Part shown: positions 62,377-64,000 of the stretch, in pieces | Layout: each line of letters starts with the position of its first letter | Position numbering within the stretch: the first letter of the stretch is position 1 | Assembly: GCA_004769085.1 (NCBI GenBank) | Contig: DUDS01000010.1 | Span: forward strand, 688 to 64,687 | Origin: Candidatus Melainabacteria bacterium SSGW_16 | GTDB taxonomy: Bacteria; Cyanobacteriota; Vampirovibrionia; 2-02-FULL-35-15 | Direction: 5' to 3' | DNA: 64,000 nucleotides | The notes under the pieces: model-generated | What the model saw: only the letters and a program-made list of their open reading frames with translations | Told to the model about the DNA's origin: nothing | The model's database searches: none | Program-made: the position numbers and the translations under genes

Positions 62377-62987
62377 TGGCTAGATTTTAAGTCCTTTATC
62401 TCGATCGGTATTTCTTTAAATTTACAATTAATTTTTATAGAACCATTATTTTCATTTGATTCAATAGTTTCACCAGTCTTAGAGGTAACCTTAATAGTAC
62501 TATTTAAAAATCCAAGCCTGACACTGCCATTGGCTAAATTATTACGATTTAAGAGTTTGATTCTACCGTTTATTAGAGATTTAGAGCCATCATTAAAGAA
62601 ATCAGAAACAGTGGTTGTAACCTGATCACTTTTATTTATCTTTTTAAGAGTCAGCTCTGAGTCAGAATTATCAAAGGTTTGAGTTTTACCATTTAAAAAA
62701 GAATTTAAATTTTTAATTTGTTCAAATATAGCCAGAATATTTACATCTGCTAAAAATTCTTCTCTATTAGAAAGGACTGATTGCAATTGTATTGAGCCAA
62801 AAGCTCCATCTTCACCCTGAAATAAGAGTATTCTGTTCTGATCCGCAATAAATTTTTTAAATGGAGAATTACCTCTCACAAAACATACTGCTTTACCACC
62901 AAGATCTGTTTCATCACCCTGGGCAAGAACAGGATGAGAGAAGCATAAGCTAAATATCAGCAATATAATAAAAAAATTGTTTCTCAT
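62373..62987 (-). CDS. hypothetical secreted protein
   Basis: Signal peptide MRNNFFIILLIFSLCFSHPVLA; 204 aa. Confidence 0.5.
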   Translation of the reverse strand: MRNNFFIILLIFSLCFSHPVLAQGDETDLGGKAVCFVRGNSPFKKFIADQNRILLFQGEDGAFGSIQLQSVLSNREEFLADVNILAIFEQIKNLNSFLNGKTQTFDNSDSELTLKKINKSDQVTTTVSDFFNDGSKSLINGRIKLLNRNNLANGSVRLGFLNSTIKVTSKTGETIESNENNGSIKINCKFKEIPIEIKDLKSSQ

Positions 62988-63008
62988 TTACCTATGGGCG
63001 ATCTGATC

Positions 63009-63063
63009 TAATTATCAGCTCTCTTCAAATGGGCGATCCGTGACTCGAACACGGGACCCCACG
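63009..63063 (-). repeat. 55-bp perfect direct repeat of the tRNA-Ile 3' half plus 21-bp 3' flank (pseudo-tRNA fragment / att-like)
   Basis: 63009-63063 is identical to 63175-63229; it covers the tRNA T-arm/acceptor 3' strand and flank. Confidence 0.9.
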
Positions 63064-63195
63064 GTCTTTTATCACGCGCTCCAGCCTCTGGCTTTCGCGC
63101 TTCCAAAGATCTATGGTCTCCCTTGATCTACATCCGCTCAGGTTTGTCGCACGGGACAAACCTTCACTAGGATTTAATTATCAGCTCTCTTCAAA

Positions 63196-63269
<74 letters not shown>

Positions 63270-63498
63270 GTTTTTATACTGGAAAAATCTCGCTTTTAAC
63301 GAGATTTTTCCTTTTCTTTTTCGACGCAAAATGTATTCTTGACCAGAACACATTTTGCATAAATTCCAAGAATTCAGACTCAAAAGTAATTATATCTTGC
63401 TTTAGAAGACATTTTAAAAATTACACTTGACAATAAAACTTTATCTTGATTTAATTTAATGCAATAATATTTGTATTTAAGACAATTTAAATTAATAT

Positions 63499-64000
63499 AT
63501 GGGCTATGCAGATTTTGGTATTACACTTGGTCACCAGCATTATATTGCATTACGTGTTAGGTATAATGCTGGTATTAATTGGATAAGAAGAAATATTGGA
63601 CACTCTGTTGATGTTGAAAATGCCATCCCAGTAATTATTCGCGGTAGTACAAATCCAGAATATACAGATCAACCTAGACTTACTATTTATAACCAAACAC
63701 TCATTGATGCTTTGATTCAAAGACAACTTGCACATATACCTCTTGGATCAAGAAGAAGAGAACATTTTGCTAATATTGCTGAAATTGGACTTTACCCTGT
63801 AACAAATGAAGGAGAAGGAATAGCATATTCAGCTGGAATTTATAGTCTTGTTGAGCCATGGGGAGATATGTTATCACCTCCATATCGTGATTTAAATCGA
63901 GAACTAAGTAGATTTGCTGGAAGATACGACACCCCTGGATACAACCCTTTAACTGAACATGAGCAACTACTACTCATGATTATTAAAAAAGTTAAAGAAA
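63499..64000 (+). CDS. hypothetical protein, 3' end outside window (not in ORF track)
   Basis: ATG at 63499, open frame of 167 codons to the window edge (MGYADFGITLGHQHYIALRV...); codon usage typical for this genome; no family recognised. Confidence 0.45.
   Translation, partial: MGYADFGITLGHQHYIALRVRYNAGINWIRRNIGHSVDVENAIPVIIRGSTNPEYTDQPRLTIYNQTLIDALIQRQLAHIPLGSRRREHFANIAEIGLYPVTNEGEGIAYSAGIYSLVEPWGDMLSPPYRDLNRELSRFAGRYDTPGYNPLTEHEQLLLMIIKKVKE

Noticed and set aside
63270-63360. Two hairpins upstream of tRNA-Ile (AAAAATCTCG-CTTTTAA-CGAGATTTTT and GCAAAATGT...ACATTTTGC)
   Set aside because: They are probably ordinary Rho-independent terminator or insulator hairpins between convergent transcription units. 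Noted but not considered unusual.
63550-63735. 61-aa minus-strand ORF
   Set aside because: It is antisense to the longer, codon-consistent plus-strand ORF beginning at 63499.

Overview
This is an AT-rich (roughly 30% GC), gene-dense bacterial chromosomal segment. About 60 protein-coding genes can be supported, most of them housekeeping. They include rpsD (5'-truncated at the window start), a PhoU-like regulator, membrane H+-pyrophosphatase hppA, rimI, an OmpR-family response regulator, sppA, tmk, gpsA, atpD, an M16 peptidase, a LOG-family protein, ileS, argB, rnc, ybeY, cysS, lysA, a GlpA/GlpD-type dehydrogenase, nupC, a two-subunit 2-oxoacid:ferredoxin oxidoreductase, a complete SUF Fe-S assembly cluster, and a Grx4/BolA pair. 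Three tRNAs are present (Val-GAC, Arg-CCG, Ile-GAT). There is a kdpFABC operon followed by an unusual kinase-less tandem KdpD-N/USP sensor. Features that the annotation does not explain: (1) a diverged intergenic repeat family of about 110 nt with four copies, carrying a conserved hairpin with compensatory substitutions and promoter/SD-like motifs; (2) a GC-rich 140-nt palindromic, terminator-capped structure downstream of tRNA-Arg; (3) a 55-bp perfect direct repeat of the tRNA-Ile 3' half, which looks like an att-site remnant; (4) a 799-aa protein combining a glycine-zipper-rich N-terminal region with an HD phosphohydrolase domain; (5) a 2096-aa giant surface repeat protein with mosaic codon usage, a near-identical intragenic duplication and a (GGN)11 tract, next to a cluster of secreted hypotheticals; (6) attenuator-like alternative hairpins inside the suf operon. 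The truncated KdpD, H+-PPase, ferredoxin-linked oxidoreductase and low GC suggest a fermentative lineage related to Cyanobacteria (for example Melainabacteria-like); this is inference only. No CRISPR array, rRNA or recognisable transposase/integrase was found.
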